Origin: an uncultured Enterobacteriaceae bacterium | Lineage (GTDB): Bacteria; Pseudomonadota; Gammaproteobacteria; Burkholderiales; UBA3065 | Length of the DNA stretch: 64,000 bases | Assembly: GCA_964524005.1 (NCBI GenBank) | Contig: CAZGBK010000004.1 | Location: 62,508 to 126,507 of the forward strand | Reading direction: 5' to 3' | Shown here: in pieces, positions 11,010-23,184 of the stretch | How positions within the stretch are numbered: the stretch's first letter is position 1 | Layout: the number at the start of each line of letters is the position of its first letter | Notes under the pieces: generated by a model | Told to the model about the DNA's origin: nothing | Seen by the model: the letters and a program-made list of their open reading frames with translations, nothing else | Databases searched by the model: none | Translations under genes and position numbers: made by a program

Positions 11010-11017
11010 GAGCAATC

Positions 11018-12556
11018 ATGCAGTTGAACCCCTCCGAGATCAGCGAGCTGATCAAGAGCAAGATCGAGTCGTTCGGTGGCGCACCCGAAGTCCGCACCGA
11101 AGGTACGGTCGTCTCGGTCACTGACGGCATCTGCCGCGTGCACGGCCTCGCCGATGTCATGCAAGGCGAGATGCTCGAGTTCCCGAACAACACTTTCGGC
11201 ATGGCGCTGAACCTCGAGCGCGATTCCGTGGGTGCTGTGGTGCTTGGCGAGTACGAGCACATCTCGGAAGGTGACACGGTCAAGTGCACCGGCCGCATCC
11301 TCGAGGTGCCGGTTGGTCCAGAACTGATCGGCCGCGTCGTCAATTCGCTCGGCCAGCCGATCGATGGCAAGGGTCCGATCAAGGCCAAGCTCACCGACAA
11401 GATCGAGAAGGTCGCGCCGGGCGTGATCGCCCGTCAGTCGGTGTCTCAACCAGTCCAGACGGGCTTGAAGGCGATCGACTCGATGGTCCCGGTCGGCCGC
11501 GGTCAGCGTGAGCTGATCATCGGTGACCGTCAGACCGGCAAGACGGCCGTCGCCGTCGACGCGATCATCAACCAGAAGGGCCAGGACATGTTCTGCGTCT
11601 ACGTGGCGGTCGGCCAGAAGGCCTCGACCATCGCCAACGTGGTGCGCAAGCTCGAAGAACATGGCGCGATGGAGTACACCATCGTCGTTGCCGCGTCGGC
11701 TTCCGAATCCGCCGCGATGCAGTTCATCGCGCCCTACGCGGGCTGCACCATGGGCGAATACTTCCGCGATCGCGGCCAAGACGCGCTGATCATCTATGAC
11801 GACTTGACCAAGCAGGCCTGGGCCTACCGCCAGATCTCGCTGCTGCTGCGCCGTCCGCCGGGCCGCGAAGCTTACCCGGGCGACGTGTTCTATCTGCACA
11901 GCCGCCTGCTCGAGCGTGCCGCACGTGTCAACGCCGAGTACGTCGAGAAGTTCACCAACGGCGAGGTGAAGGGCAAGACCGGTTCGCTCACCGCCCTGCC
12001 GGTCATCGAGACTCAGGCCGGCGACGTCTCGGCGTTCGTGCCGACTAACGTGATCTCGATCACCGACGGCCAGATCTTCCTTGAGACCGACCTCTTCAAC
12101 GCCGGTGTGCGTCCCGCCATCAACGCCGGTATCTCGGTTTCGCGTGTGGGTGGTGCGGCTCAGACCAAGCTCATCAAGAAGTTGTCGGGCGGTATCCGGA
12201 CCGACCTCGCGCAGTACCGTGAGCTCGCTGCGTTCGCCCAGTTCGCGTCCGACCTCGATGACGCGACTCGCAAGCAGCTCGAGCGTGGCCGCCGCGTCGT
12301 GGAGGTGCTGAAGCAGCCGCAGTACGCGCCGCTCTCGGTGTCGCGCATGGGCGTCACGCTATTCGCCGTGACCCGTGGCTACATGGACGACGTGGATGTG
12401 AAGCGCGTGCTCGAATTCGAGAAGGGGCTGCACAGCTTCCTTGAATCCTCCCACTCGGATCTGATGAAGAAGCTCGAGTCGACCAAGGACCTCGATGCCG
12501 ACGCCGAGAAGGCTTTGACCGCAGCGGTCGAAACCTACAAAGCGGCCTGGGTCTGA
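11018..12556 (+). CDS. atpA: F0F1 ATP synthase subunit alpha
   Basis: 512 aa with Walker A GDRQTGKT. Confidence 0.97.
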   Translation: MQLNPSEISELIKSKIESFGGAPEVRTEGTVVSVTDGICRVHGLADVMQGEMLEFPNNTFGMALNLERDSVGAVVLGEYEHISEGDTVKCTGRILEVPVGPELIGRVVNSLGQPIDGKGPIKAKLTDKIEKVAPGVIARQSVSQPVQTGLKAIDSMVPVGRGQRELIIGDRQTGKTAVAVDAIINQKGQDMFCVYVAVGQKASTIANVVRKLEEHGAMEYTIVVAASASESAAMQFIAPYAGCTMGEYFRDRGQDALIIYDDLTKQAWAYRQISLLLRRPPGREAYPGDVFYLHSRLLERAARVNAEYVEKFTNGEVKGKTGSLTALPVIETQAGDVSAFVPTNVISITDGQIFLETDLFNAGVRPAINAGISVSRVGGAAQTKLIKKLSGGIRTDLAQYRELAAFAQFASDLDDATRKQLERGRRVVEVLKQPQYAPLSVSRMGVTLFAVTRGYMDDVDVKRVLEFEKGLHSFLESSHSDLMKKLESTKDLDADAEKALTAAVETYKAAWV

Positions 12557-12574
12557 GCCGGCTGAGGAGATCCC

Positions 12575-14892
<2,318 letters not shown>

Positions 14893-14901
14893 GGACACAC
14901 G

Positions 14902-15339
14902 ATGGCAATGACCATTCACGTCGACGTCGTCAGCGCCGAGACCTCGATTTACTCTGGCCTCGCCGAGATGGTGATCGCCCCAGGCGAGGGTGGCGAGTTG
15001 GGTGTGATGCCCGGCCACACGCCGCTCATCACCACCATCAAGCCGGGCGCTTTGCGTTTGAAAGTGCCCGATCAGACCGAAGATGAACTGGTGTTCGTGT
15101 CGGGTGGGGTACTCGAGGTCCAGCCAGGGGTGGTCACGGTACTGGCCGACACCGCTATCCGCGCTCACGACCTCGACGAGGCCAAGGCCTTGGAGGCCAA
15201 GCAGCGGGCGGAAGAGGCGATGATCAACCGGGGCGAAGACTTTAATTACGCCACCGCGTCTGCCGAACTCGCCGAAGCTATGGGCCAACTGGCGGCGATC
15301 ACCAAGCTGCGCCAGCAGATGAAGGGCGGCCGCGGCTGA
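14902..15339 (+). CDS. atpC: F0F1 ATP synthase subunit epsilon
   Basis: 145 aa, last gene of the atp operon, followed by an intrinsic terminator. Confidence 0.93.
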   Translation: MAMTIHVDVVSAETSIYSGLAEMVIAPGEGGELGVMPGHTPLITTIKPGALRLKVPDQTEDELVFVSGGVLEVQPGVVTVLADTAIRAHDLDEAKALEAKQRAEEAMINRGEDFNYATASAELAEAMGQLAAITKLRQQMKGGRG

Positions 15340-15366
15340 GCAAGCTGGTGAGCATCCCCCTCAATG

Positions 15367-15398
15367 ACGGGCGGCCCGGTGGTCGCCCGTTGCTTTTG
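15367..15398 (+). terminator. Rho-independent terminator of the atp operon
   Basis: ACGGGCGGCC / GGTCGCCCGT stem of about 10 bp with loop CGGT, followed by TGCTTTTG. Lies 28 nt after the atpC stop. Confidence 0.75.
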
Positions 15399-15427
15399 CA
15401 GACGCCGGCCGTGGTGTGGCCCCTGGG

Positions 15428-15433
15428 TATACT
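15428..15433 (+). promoter_or_regulatory. -10-like hexamer TATACT exactly 6 nt upstream of the glmU ATG (candidate leaderless promoter)
   Basis: TATACT-ccgcgc-ATG(15440). No Shine-Dalgarno and no clear -35. It follows the atp terminator. Confidence 0.4.
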
Positions 15434-15439
15434 CCGCGC

Positions 15440-16807
15440 ATGACACCGAGGTTAAACATCGTCGTCTTGGCGGCTGGTCGTGGAACCCGCATGCGCTCGG
15501 AACGCCCCAAGGTGCTTCACCATCTCGGTGGTGTGCCCATGGTTCAGCATGTGCTCGATACGGCAGAGCAATTGGGCGCGAACACGGTCTGTGTGGTTTA
15601 CGGCCATGGTGGTGACGCGGTGCCGCGTGCAGTCGCCGGTCGCGGTGTGAAGTTTGTTTTGCAAGAGCCGCAACTTGGTACCGGCCATGCGGTGATGCAG
15701 GCCATGTCGGCCATCGATGCGCAAGCGCCGACCCTGGTTCTGTACGGTGACGTACCCTTGGTGCGAGCTGAGACCTTGCATCCGCTGGTCGAGGCAGCAC
15801 GTGCAGGGGCATTGGCGGTGCTGACGGTGCGCTTGCCGGACCCCACCGGCTACGGGCGAATCGTGCGGCAGGCCGACAGGGTATGCCGCATCGTCGAACA
15901 GCGCGACGCCTCTCCCGCCGAACTCGCAATCGACGAGGTCAATACTGGCATGATGGCCGTTCCGGCCGGACGCTTGGCGGAATGGTTGGCGCGGTTGAAC
16001 TGTGCGAATGCACAAGGCGAATACTACTTGACCGATTTGGTTGGTCTGGCGGTTGCCGACAACATCCCGGTGCAGGCTTGTCTGGCAGACGATGCAGACG
16101 AGGTTTCTGGAATCAACAGCCCGGCCCAGCTAGCGGCTTTGGAGCGGGTGTTGCAAGCACGCCGAGCGACCGCCCTGATGGAAGCTGGGGTCACACTGGC
16201 CGACCCGGCGCGCATCGACATTCGCGGGCAGCTGCATTGTGGCCGCGATGTGCGTATCGATGTCGGTTGCATCTTCGAAGGGACTGTCGAGCTCGCGGAT
16301 GGCGTTCAGATTGGTCCCTACTGTGTCTTGCGCGACACCCGTGTTGCCGCGAGTGTCCGTATCGAAGCCTTCACCTGGAGCGATCGGGCTCACATCGGTG
16401 AGGGGGCAGTCGTCGGGCCATATGCTCGTCTGCGGCCGGATACCGAGCTGGCTGCCGGGACGCATGTCGGAAATTTCGTCGAGCTGAAGAATGCCCAGGT
16501 GGGTACTGGCAGCAAGATCAACCACCTGAGTTATGTTGGGGACGCTACGGTCGGGTCTCAGGTCAACATTGGCGCCGGCACCATCACTTGCAATTACGAC
16601 GGCGTACACAAGTACCGAACGGTGATTGGAGATGGCGCATTTATTGGTTCCGATACCCAGTTGATTGCGCCGGTCACGGTCGGTGCGAATGCCACTATCG
16701 GTGCTGGCTCGACCATCACCCGCGATGCCCCGTCGGATGCTCTGACCGTGTCGCGCAGTAAGCAATACAGCGTGAGCGGCTGGAAGCGCCCCACGAAGGA
16801 CACCTAA
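15440..16807 (+). CDS. glmU: Bifunctional UDP-N-acetylglucosamine diphosphorylase / glucosamine-1-phosphate N-acetyltransferase
   Basis: [19 protein letters not shown]-terminus and C-terminal left-handed beta-helix hexapeptide repeats. The track ORF starts at GTG 15416; ATG 15440 is preferred. Confidence 0.93.
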   Translation: MTPRLNIVVLAAGRGTRMRSERPKVLHHLGGVPMVQHVLDTAEQLGANTVCVVYGHGGDAVPRAVAGRGVKFVLQEPQLGTGHAVMQAMSAIDAQAPTLVLYGDVPLVRAETLHPLVEAARAGALAVLTVRLPDPTGYGRIVRQADRVCRIVEQRDASPAELAIDEVNTGMMAVPAGRLAEWLARLNCANAQGEYYLTDLVGLAVADNIPVQACLADDADEVSGINSPAQLAALERVLQARRATALMEAGVTLADPARIDIRGQLHCGRDVRIDVGCIFEGTVELADGVQIGPYCVLRDTRVAASVRIEAFTWSDRAHIGEGAVVGPYARLRPDTELAAGTHVGNFVELKNAQVGTGSKINHLSYVGDATVGSQVNIGAGTITCNYDGVHKYRTVIGDGAFIGSDTQLIAPVTVGANATIGAGSTITRDAPSDALTVSRSKQYSVSGWKRPTKDT

Positions 16808-16810
16808 CCG

Positions 16811-18634
16811 ATGTGTGGAATCGTTGGGGCGGTCGGCGGTGGCGCAGTCGCAAAGGTGCTGGTCCAGGGTCTTGAACGGCTCGAGTATCGGGGTTATGAC
16901 TCGTGTGGCGTGGCGGTGATTCAAGACGGTCGGCTGCGCCGCGCGCGGAGCACCGCCCGTGTCGCTGAACTTGCCCGCGCTGTGTCCGAGGAGCAGCTCG
17001 ACGGCTCACTGGGCATTGCCCACACGCGTTGGGCAACGCATGGTGCGCCGGCGGTTCGCAACGCCCATCCGCATTTTTCGGGGCAGCAGATCGCTGTCGT
17101 GCACAACGGCATCATTGAAAATCACGACGCGTTGCGCGATGACCTGTTGGGGCAGGGCTATGCGTTTGAGAGCCAGACTGACACCGAAGTCATCGCCCAC
17201 CTGGTGCACTCGCTATATCGCGGCGACATCCTACAAGCAGTGCGCGAGGCACTGCCGCGACTACAGGGTGCTTATGCGCTGGCAGTCATTTGTCGCGAGG
17301 AGCCAGAACGGCTGATCGGTGCGCGTGATGGCAGTCCGCTGGTGTTGGGCGTGTCCGCGCATGCACGCTACCTGGCGTCGGATGCGATGGCGTTGGCTGG
17401 CGTCACCGACCACATCGCGCACCTCGAGGACGGTGATTTGGTCGACCTGCACGCCGACACGCACACCGTGTACAGCCGAGATGCCGGCTATACCGTGCCG
17501 GTCAAGCGAGCAGTGCTGGTGGTCGAGGCGCACACAGCGGCGGCCGAGCTCGGACCCTACCGGCACTTTATGCAGAAGGAGATCTTCGAGCAGCCAAGGG
17601 CGATCGCCGACACCTTGGATGCCGTCGATCGCATCGGTCCCGAGGTCTTCGGGGATGAAGCCGGCTTGCTGGTCGGCATCGACCGCATCTTGGTACTAGC
17701 CTGTGGCACCAGCTACTACGCGGGTTTGGTGGCGCGCGACTGGCTGGAGTCGATCGCTGGAGTCCCGACCACCGTTGAGGTCGCAAGCGAATACCGGTAT
17801 CGCGACAGCGTGCCAGATTCGAGGCAGTTGGTGCTGACCATCAGCCAGTCTGGCGAGACTGCTGATACCCTCGCCGCACTCAAGCACGCCGTAGCGTTGG
17901 GCAATGCGGCGACCCTGACCATCTGCAATGTAGCCACTAGCGCCATGGTGCGAGCTTGTCGGCTAGCGTTCATCACCCGTGCCGGTGCAGAGGTCGGGGT
18001 GGCCTCCACAAAAGCCTTTAGCACGCAGTTGGTCGCCCTTTACCTGCTGACTCTTGTACTGGCGCGTCAGCGGGGCCGGCTTGACGATCGCGCGGCATCG
18101 CGGGCGCTGGACCAACTTCGCCATCTTCCCGCTGCAGTGCGCGCCGTGCTGGCGTTGGAGCCGCAGATCATTGGCTGGGCGGACCAGTTCCGGTGTCGTC
18201 GCCACGCCCTCTTCTTGGGCCGTGGCCGGCATTATCCGATCGCGCTAGAGGGTGCTTTAAAGCTCAAGGAGATCAGCTACATCCATGCCGAAGCCTATCC
18301 CGCAGGAGAGCTCAAGCACGGACCGCTGGCGCTGGTCGATGGCGAGATGCCGGTGGTGGTGGTTGCCCCCAATGACGAACTGCTAGAGAAGCTGAAAAGC
18401 AATATGCAGGAAGTTCGGGCGCGGGGTGGGGCCTTGTACGTGTTCGCGGATGGGGATAGTCAGATACGTGCGGCCGATAGCGTGCAGGTCATTCGTCTAC
18501 CGGAGTACTACGGTGCGCTGTCACCGATCTTGCATGTCATCCCGCTGCAGTTGTTGGCTTATCACACGGCGTGCGCCCTGGGTACCGACGTCGACAAGCC
18601 ACGCAACCTGGCGAAGAGCGTGACCGTCGAGTAG
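16811..18634 (+). CDS. glmS: Glutamine--fructose-6-phosphate aminotransferase
   Basis: 607 aa with the N-terminal MCGIVG catalytic Cys, two SIS domains and a C-terminal KSVTVE. Confidence 0.97.
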   Translation: MCGIVGAVGGGAVAKVLVQGLERLEYRGYDSCGVAVIQDGRLRRARSTARVAELARAVSEEQLDGSLGIAHTRWATHGAPAVRNAHPHFSGQQIAVVHNGIIENHDALRDDLLGQGYAFESQTDTEVIAHLVHSLYRGDILQAVREALPRLQGAYALAVICREEPERLIGARDGSPLVLGVSAHARYLASDAMALAGVTDHIAHLEDGDLVDLHADTHTVYSRDAGYTVPVKRAVLVVEAHTAAAELGPYRHFMQKEIFEQPRAIADTLDAVDRIGPEVFGDEAGLLVGIDRILVLACGTSYYAGLVARDWLESIAGVPTTVEVASEYRYRDSVPDSRQLVLTISQSGETADTLAALKHAVALGNAATLTICNVATSAMVRACRLAFITRAGAEVGVASTKAFSTQLVALYLLTLVLARQRGRLDDRAASRALDQLRHLPAAVRAVLALEPQIIGWADQFRCRRHALFLGRGRHYPIALEGALKLKEISYIHAEAYPAGELKHGPLALVDGEMPVVVVAPNDELLEKLKSNMQEVRARGGALYVFADGDSQIRAADSVQVIRLPEYYGALSPILHVIPLQLLAYHTACALGTDVDKPRNLAKSVTVE

Positions 18635-18638
18635 ACGC

Positions 18639-19139
18639 CTAGAGCTTGGTCTGAGTCGCGCCAGCATTGACCGGGCCAGCCGGATTCGGGGCGCAGTCAC
18701 CCGGGGCCGGAACAGTGACCGCCGCGACATCGGTCTGTTCGGACCTCTGCCCACCTTCGATCTGGAACAGTCGTCCCTGTACATTTGCGCCCTGATGGAT
18801 CTCTAGGCGTCCGTAATTGATGTCGCCGGTGACCCAAGCGCCGCTGCGCACTTCGACGTAGTCACCGGCCACCGTTCCGCGGACTTTTCCCAACACGACC
18901 ACAGCTTGAGCACTGACATTGCCATCGATCATGGCTTCGGGGCCAATCACCAGGCTGCAATTCTTTTGTCCGGTGCCGATCAGCGAGCCGCAAAGTTTGC
19001 CGTCGAAGCGGACGCTTTTCTCGAACCGCACCACTAGTCCGAGCGTGTGGTCGTTCTCGATACTGACGCTCTGGTCGACCAGGGTGTTGAGCGCGCCCTG
19101 TTCGACACGGGCATTCTTCTTCCGGGTGAAAAGCATCAT
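18639..19139 (-). CDS. Bactofilin (polymer-forming cytoskeletal protein, DUF583 family)
   Basis: 166 aa. The central part shows the repetitive beta-helical pattern G.V.G.V.A..V.I.G.V.GDI....L.I..GA.V.G, flanked by disordered termini. ATGA overlap with the upstream gene. Confidence 0.8.
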   Translation of the reverse strand: MMLFTRKKNARVEQGALNTLVDQSVSIENDHTLGLVVRFEKSVRFDGKLCGSLIGTGQKNCSLVIGPEAMIDGNVSAQAVVVLGKVRGTVAGDYVEVRSGAWVTGDINYGRLEIHQGANVQGRLFQIEGGQRSEQTDVAAVTVPAPGDCAPNPAGPVNAGATQTKL

Positions 19140-19810
19140 GGTCTCTCTCCGCTAACGGGGACGATGGCCGCTTCAGCCAGCGCAGGTTTTCCATGCGGCC
19201 GCACGACAACCAGAACATGCGACGCGGCCGAGGTCAACGCACCTTGAAACGTCTCGGCGACCTTTGGGGCAGCAACATCGCGCTTGGCCACTTGGCCGAC
19301 CGGCAGGGTGTGGGTTGGAGGTTGGATGCCGCTTGGCCCCGGGTCAGGCAAGTCAATCGCCGCCACCTCGATGCTTAACCTGCCCGGGGCAGCTCCATCG
19401 GGGGTTCGCACCAAAATCTCGTAGGCGATGTCGCGGCCTTTGCGCCGTGCTACAACTTGGCGCAAGCGCTGACCCAGTTGATCGTCGCGGACGATACGTT
19501 CGGCGTCGACCAGTCGCTCGGCCAGCGAATGACGCTCGCTTTCCACTTGCGCCAGTCGCTGTTTCAGTTCCTCGTGCGTCGTCAGGTTGACGCTTTGTGT
19601 GAACTGGCGGAAAGCCAAGGTCGACACCAGTTGCCGCCACCACACTTCGTTGGGTAGATCGCTTCGGCCATTGGGGCGTGGCCACAACAGGAGGCCAAGA
19701 ACCAAGATGCTCGCCAGGGCCGCGGCTGCCCATCGCCAGGCGTGTAGGTGACGACGCGGGGTGACGATCAGCGGGCCGTCGACCAGCGGGTTTTTACGTG
19801 GCCGCAGCAT
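19136..19810 (-). CDS. Hypothetical bitopic membrane protein with coiled-coil and C-terminal beta-rich domain
   Basis: Start trimmed to ATG 19810 (MLRPRKNPLV...). It has one TM (WAAAALASILVLGLLLW), a heptad-like segment (HEELKQRLAQVESERHSLAERLVDAERI), then an unassignable domain. I recognise no family. Confidence 0.6.
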   Translation of the reverse strand: MLRPRKNPLVDGPLIVTPRRHLHAWRWAAAALASILVLGLLLWPRPNGRSDLPNEVWWRQLVSTLAFRQFTQSVNLTTHEELKQRLAQVESERHSLAERLVDAERIVRDDQLGQRLRQVVARRKGRDIAYEILVRTPDGAAPGRLSIEVAAIDLPDPGPSGIQPPTHTLPVGQVAKRDVAAPKVAETFQGALTSAASHVLVVVRPHGKPALAEAAIVPVSGERP

Positions 19811-20678
19811 GCAGTAGTGGGCTGGACCGTCCTGGTTGCAGGAACGGCCAAGGGTTGACGGCTCGTCCGTCAAGCTCGAGTTCGAAGTGCAGATGAGGAC
19901 CCGTCGAGCGTCCTGTTGAGCCAACGCGCCCGATGCGGGTGCCGGCGGGGATGGCCATGCCGGTGGTCACCTCGATGCCCTCGAGGTGAGCGTAACGCGA
20001 CACGACCCCCCCCTCATGCGCAATCGCCACAAGTTTTCCGTAGGCTTCGGCCGGACCGATGAAACTCACCACCCCGCTGGCGACTGCCAGCACTGGGGTG
20101 CCAGCCGGGGCCGACAGATCGACCCCGCGGTGGAAGGCACGGCGACCATGCACCGGGTGCGAACGCCAGCCAAAGCCAGAAGAGAACTTGCCTTCGACCG
20201 GCGTCACCAAGGTGTGTCGCAATGCCGAACGAACAGCACCTTCGCGCTGGATAAACTGGATCTCGATGGCGGCCTGCAAACGATTGGCGCGATCCTCGAG
20301 CAGCCCCAGTGCGCGCTGCGTATCGTCGCCCTGCAGGGCGCCATCGGGGGACGATAGCGCGGCTCCTGGGCGGAGGCTTTGGCGCTGCAAGCCCTCATCG
20401 GGCTCGCGCTGGCTGCTGACCTCGAGTGCCGCCTCCATGCTGTCGAGGCGCGCGCGGATCTCGCCGATCTTGCCGGCAACAACGTTGGTCTGGGTGTCGG
20501 CCCAAAGATCGAGCAGCCGTCCGACGATACCGTCGTGGGGTTTGGCGGTGAACGCCGCGTACAGCGGGCCTGCGGTGAGCAGGGTGGTGACCACGATCAG
20601 GGCGACCAGTAGCTGCCAGGCCTTGATCGTCAGCGACAGGGGCCGGCGCCCCGGGTGGGTGACCAGAATGATCTGCAT
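19794..20678 (-). CDS. M23 family metallopeptidase with N-terminal TM and coiled-coil
   Basis: Start trimmed to ATG 20678 (MQIILVTHPG...). It has a TM, a coiled-coil, then a LytM/M23 domain with the HRGVD (HxxxD) and GPHLHFE (HxH) zinc ligands. Confidence 0.88.
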   Translation of the reverse strand: MQIILVTHPGRRPLSLTIKAWQLLVALIVVTTLLTAGPLYAAFTAKPHDGIVGRLLDLWADTQTNVVAGKIGEIRARLDSMEAALEVSSQREPDEGLQRQSLRPGAALSSPDGALQGDDTQRALGLLEDRANRLQAAIEIQFIQREGAVRSALRHTLVTPVEGKFSSGFGWRSHPVHGRRAFHRGVDLSAPAGTPVLAVASGVVSFIGPAEAYGKLVAIAHEGGVVSRYAHLEGIEVTTGMAIPAGTRIGRVGSTGRSTGPHLHFELELDGRAVNPWPFLQPGRSSPLLHAAAT

Positions 20679-20782
20679 AAAGACGGCGGCGCATCGTTCG
20701 ATGCCACCGCGGCAGTCGCGGGGTGAGATAGTAACACGGGGTTTTAGACTGTCTTTTGCGGGCTTTTTGTCCAATTGTTTGC

Positions 20783-20811
20783 ATAAAAGTGGGGCGCCAC
20801 AGGGGCGCCCC
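20783..20811 (-). terminator. Rho-independent terminator after the TonB-dependent receptor gene
   Basis: On the minus strand: GGGGCGCC-CCUGU-GGCGCCCC followed by ACUUUUAU. Lies 20 nt after the stop at 20832. Confidence 0.7.
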
Positions 20812-20831
20812 GAAGCACTACCGAGGAAAGC

Positions 20832-22985
20832 TCAAAAGTCGTAACGCAGGCCAACATGGACCAAGCGAGGCATGCCGACCAAGATGCCGCGTGTGCGGTC
20901 GACGATGTAATCCCGGTCGAAAAGGTTCTTGGCTGTGACGAACAGGGTGGCGCCCTTGGGTGCCAGCTGATAAGAGGCGGTGGCGTTGACGATGCTGTAA
21001 CTGTCGATCAACCCGGTCTGTCCATTGGCTGAGGGTGTGCGCGTTTGGTCGAAGTCGGAGAACTGATCACCAACATGCTGCACCTCGACTTCGCTGCGAA
21101 AGCCCCCGGTTCGGTAGCCGACAGCGGCGGTCGCTGTATGGCGTGGGGCATAGGGCAGCCGGTTACCAGAGGCGCCGCGGGTGTCCAGCGGATTCGCCAC
21201 CGAGACGAACGGGCTGTCTTGCTCGGCGGTTGGCAGCCAGGTGTAGGCCAGTCGACCAAAAAACCCGCCCCCCAGCTCTGCGCGGCCAGACAGTTCGACG
21301 CCTTCGAAGAGGGCTTTACCCTCGGACAGCGGCGTACTCCCCCCGGCGATACTCCCCACAGCGACCAGGTTCTTGAAATCGTTGCGGAAGTACGCAAGCT
21401 GCACGGCGGTGTCGGCAAGCGGCCGGCCGCGCAGGCCCAACTCGAAGTTGGTCGAGCGCTCGGGGCGGACATCGGTGACGGTACCGCTACCGCCAATCAA
21501 GTCTTCGACACGTGGCGGTGCAAAGCCTTCGTAGAGGCTGGTAAATACGGTCCAGTCGGCGGTGGGGTTCCAAGTGGCGCCGATACCGGGACTGGTCTCG
21601 GTGACCTTCGCTGAACCCGGCGCACTGTTTGCCAGCAGGTTGGTCCGTCGCGAATCGATCGACTCGTAGCGAACGATCGGTGTGACGGTGACGCTGCCCA
21701 GGTCGAAGCGCTGGGCAAGGAAACCAGAGTAGGCATCGACTTTTCTCTGGTTGTCTTCCACGCGCGCGAGATTGGTGGCTGCGGCGAAGGTCGGGGCGTT
21801 GGCATTCAATTGCACACGGTCCTGTTCCTCGAAGTGCGCCTTGACGCCCATCTGAAACTCGCCGAAGCGGTTGGCGACGAGCAATCGCGGCTCGACGCCA
21901 TAGGTGTTGTAGTCACGCAGACGCCCCTGCGAGCAATTGAACTGGGTCGAAGGGTCGACGCCTCGACCGGCTAGTCGGTGAGCGGTGAAGCTGGCGGACA
22001 CACCGTCTATGGTGACGATCGCGTTGCAGCCCGCATGCATGCCATCGGTGCTGTTACTCGACTGACGAACCCAATCGCGGGTGAAGTACGAGTAGTAAAG
22101 GTTGGTGGTCAGCAGAACTCCGCTGGAGATTTCGATCTCGTGGGTGGCGGACAGACCGAAGCGCTCGGTGTTGAAGGTATCGTTCTTGAAAGGGTTGTAA
22201 CGAGGTCCAAAGTTGCGGAACTCGGCGAGCGTGAGGCCCGAATAAGTAAGTTGCGAGTCCTCTTGGTAGTAGTTGGCGCGCAAGGTCAGGGCCTGCCGGT
22301 CGCTTAGCTGACCGACCCATTTCAGATTGAGGTCGTCAATCTCATGGTGTTGGTTGCGTCGGGCACCGTCGCCCTCTTTCCGGGTGTAATCCAGTAGAAA
22401 GCCCGCACCACCGATGCGAATCTTGCCATTGCGATAGTCGCGGTTGCCCAACGAGCCTTGGATATGTCCGCCGAATTCGCGCGGCGGATTGGGGGTGATG
22501 TAGTTGATCACGCCACCGATGGTCTGTGGCCCAAACTGCAAAGCATTGGCGCCCTTGAGCACCTCGATGCTGTCGAAGCGGTCGATCGCTGGGTGGTAAT
22601 AGCTGGCGTTATCGCCATAGGGTGCATAAGCCAAGGGGATGCCGTCTTCCAGCAGGGTCACCTTGGTTGCGCGCGTCGGGTTCAGGCCGCGGATGCCGAT
22701 ATTCGGCCGCAGGCCAAAGCCCTCTTCATCGCGCACATTGATGCCGGGGACGCGTCGCAGAGCTTCGTTGATGGTGAAGACCTTGGAGTCCCGCAACTCT
22801 TCGGCGGTGATCGTGCTAGCGCTGCCACCCAGCAGCGGCAGGTTCTGCTCCGCGCCGATCACGTCTATGCGCGGCGCCTGATTGACGGCGATCGTCAGCG
22901 GTTCGGCCTGCACTGAACCAACAGCCAATAACATCGCAACCACAGGCCTCAACGCGGGACCCGGTTCGGAAAGGTGTTTGAACAT
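20832..22985 (-). CDS. TonB-dependent outer-membrane receptor (siderophore/iron type, substrate unknown)
   Basis: Start trimmed to ATG 22985 (signal peptide MFKHLSEPGPALRPVVAMLLAVGSVQA). It has a plug domain (FTINEALRRVPGINV), a 22-strand barrel and a terminal YDF. Confidence 0.9.
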   Translation of the reverse strand: MFKHLSEPGPALRPVVAMLLAVGSVQAEPLTIAVNQAPRIDVIGAEQNLPLLGGSASTITAEELRDSKVFTINEALRRVPGINVRDEEGFGLRPNIGIRGLNPTRATKVTLLEDGIPLAYAPYGDNASYYHPAIDRFDSIEVLKGANALQFGPQTIGGVINYITPNPPREFGGHIQGSLGNRDYRNGKIRIGGAGFLLDYTRKEGDGARRNQHHEIDDLNLKWVGQLSDRQALTLRANYYQEDSQLTYSGLTLAEFRNFGPRYNPFKNDTFNTERFGLSATHEIEISSGVLLTTNLYYSYFTRDWVRQSSNSTDGMHAGCNAIVTIDGVSASFTAHRLAGRGVDPSTQFNCSQGRLRDYNTYGVEPRLLVANRFGEFQMGVKAHFEEQDRVQLNANAPTFAAATNLARVEDNQRKVDAYSGFLAQRFDLGSVTVTPIVRYESIDSRRTNLLANSAPGSAKVTETSPGIGATWNPTADWTVFTSLYEGFAPPRVEDLIGGSGTVTDVRPERSTNFELGLRGRPLADTAVQLAYFRNDFKNLVAVGSIAGGSTPLSEGKALFEGVELSGRAELGGGFFGRLAYTWLPTAEQDSPFVSVANPLDTRGASGNRLPYAPRHTATAAVGYRTGGFRSEVEVQHVGDQFSDFDQTRTPSANGQTGLIDSYSIVNATASYQLAPKGATLFVTAKNLFDRDYIVDRTRGILVGMPRLVHVGLRYDF

Positions 22986-23049
22986 GTGATAAATTCCCTG
23001 AATCGCAGCAGCGAGCGCCACTCTTTGCGCCCCCGCCGTTGTCACAGAC

Positions 23050-23062
23050 GAGAATCATTATC
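23050..23062. promoter_or_regulatory. Fur-family operator-like box overlapping the -10 of the receptor promoter
   Basis: GAGAATCATTATC matches 12/13 of the 3' part of the Fur consensus GATAATGATAATCATTATC. The reverse reads GATAATGAT. Confidence 0.5.
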
Positions 23063-23085
23063 GATTGCAACCACACCCTTGTCAA
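23057..23085 (-). promoter_or_regulatory. Sigma70 promoter for the minus-strand TonB-dependent receptor
   Basis: On the minus strand: TTGACA (23085-23080), exactly 17 nt, GATAAT (23062-23057). About 65 nt upstream of ATG 22985. Confidence 0.7.
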
Positions 23086-23105
23086 TAACAAGAATCGTTG
23101 TTATT
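23084..23105. promoter_or_regulatory. Perfect AT-rich inverted repeat AATAACAA-N6-TTGTTATT (candidate metalloregulator operator)
   Basis: 8-bp arms overlap the -35 of the minus-strand promoter. 12/19 match to the Fur consensus when centred on GAATC. Confidence 0.45.
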
Positions 23106-23172
23106 TATCCGGACCATTACCGTTTTTATTGACTCACCCAAGTGTTTGCCGCTCGGGTCTTGACAAGTGATT

Positions 23173-23178
23173 TAAGAT
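23173..23178 (+). promoter_or_regulatory. -10-like hexamer TAAGAT exactly 6 nt upstream of the ATG at 23185
   Basis: TAAGAT-tttctt-ATG with no Shine-Dalgarno. The same geometry occurs at glmU, ptsI, uvrD and the SDR gene. Confidence 0.3.
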
Positions 23179-23184
23179 TTCTTC

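Noticed and set aside
18635-18700. Looked for a Tn7-like element or other insertion at the attTn7 position just downstream of glmS.
   Set aside because: glmS is followed after 4 nt by the 3' end of the convergent bactofilin gene. There are no transposase genes, terminal repeats or target duplications. The downstream genes show ordinary GC-rich codon usage.
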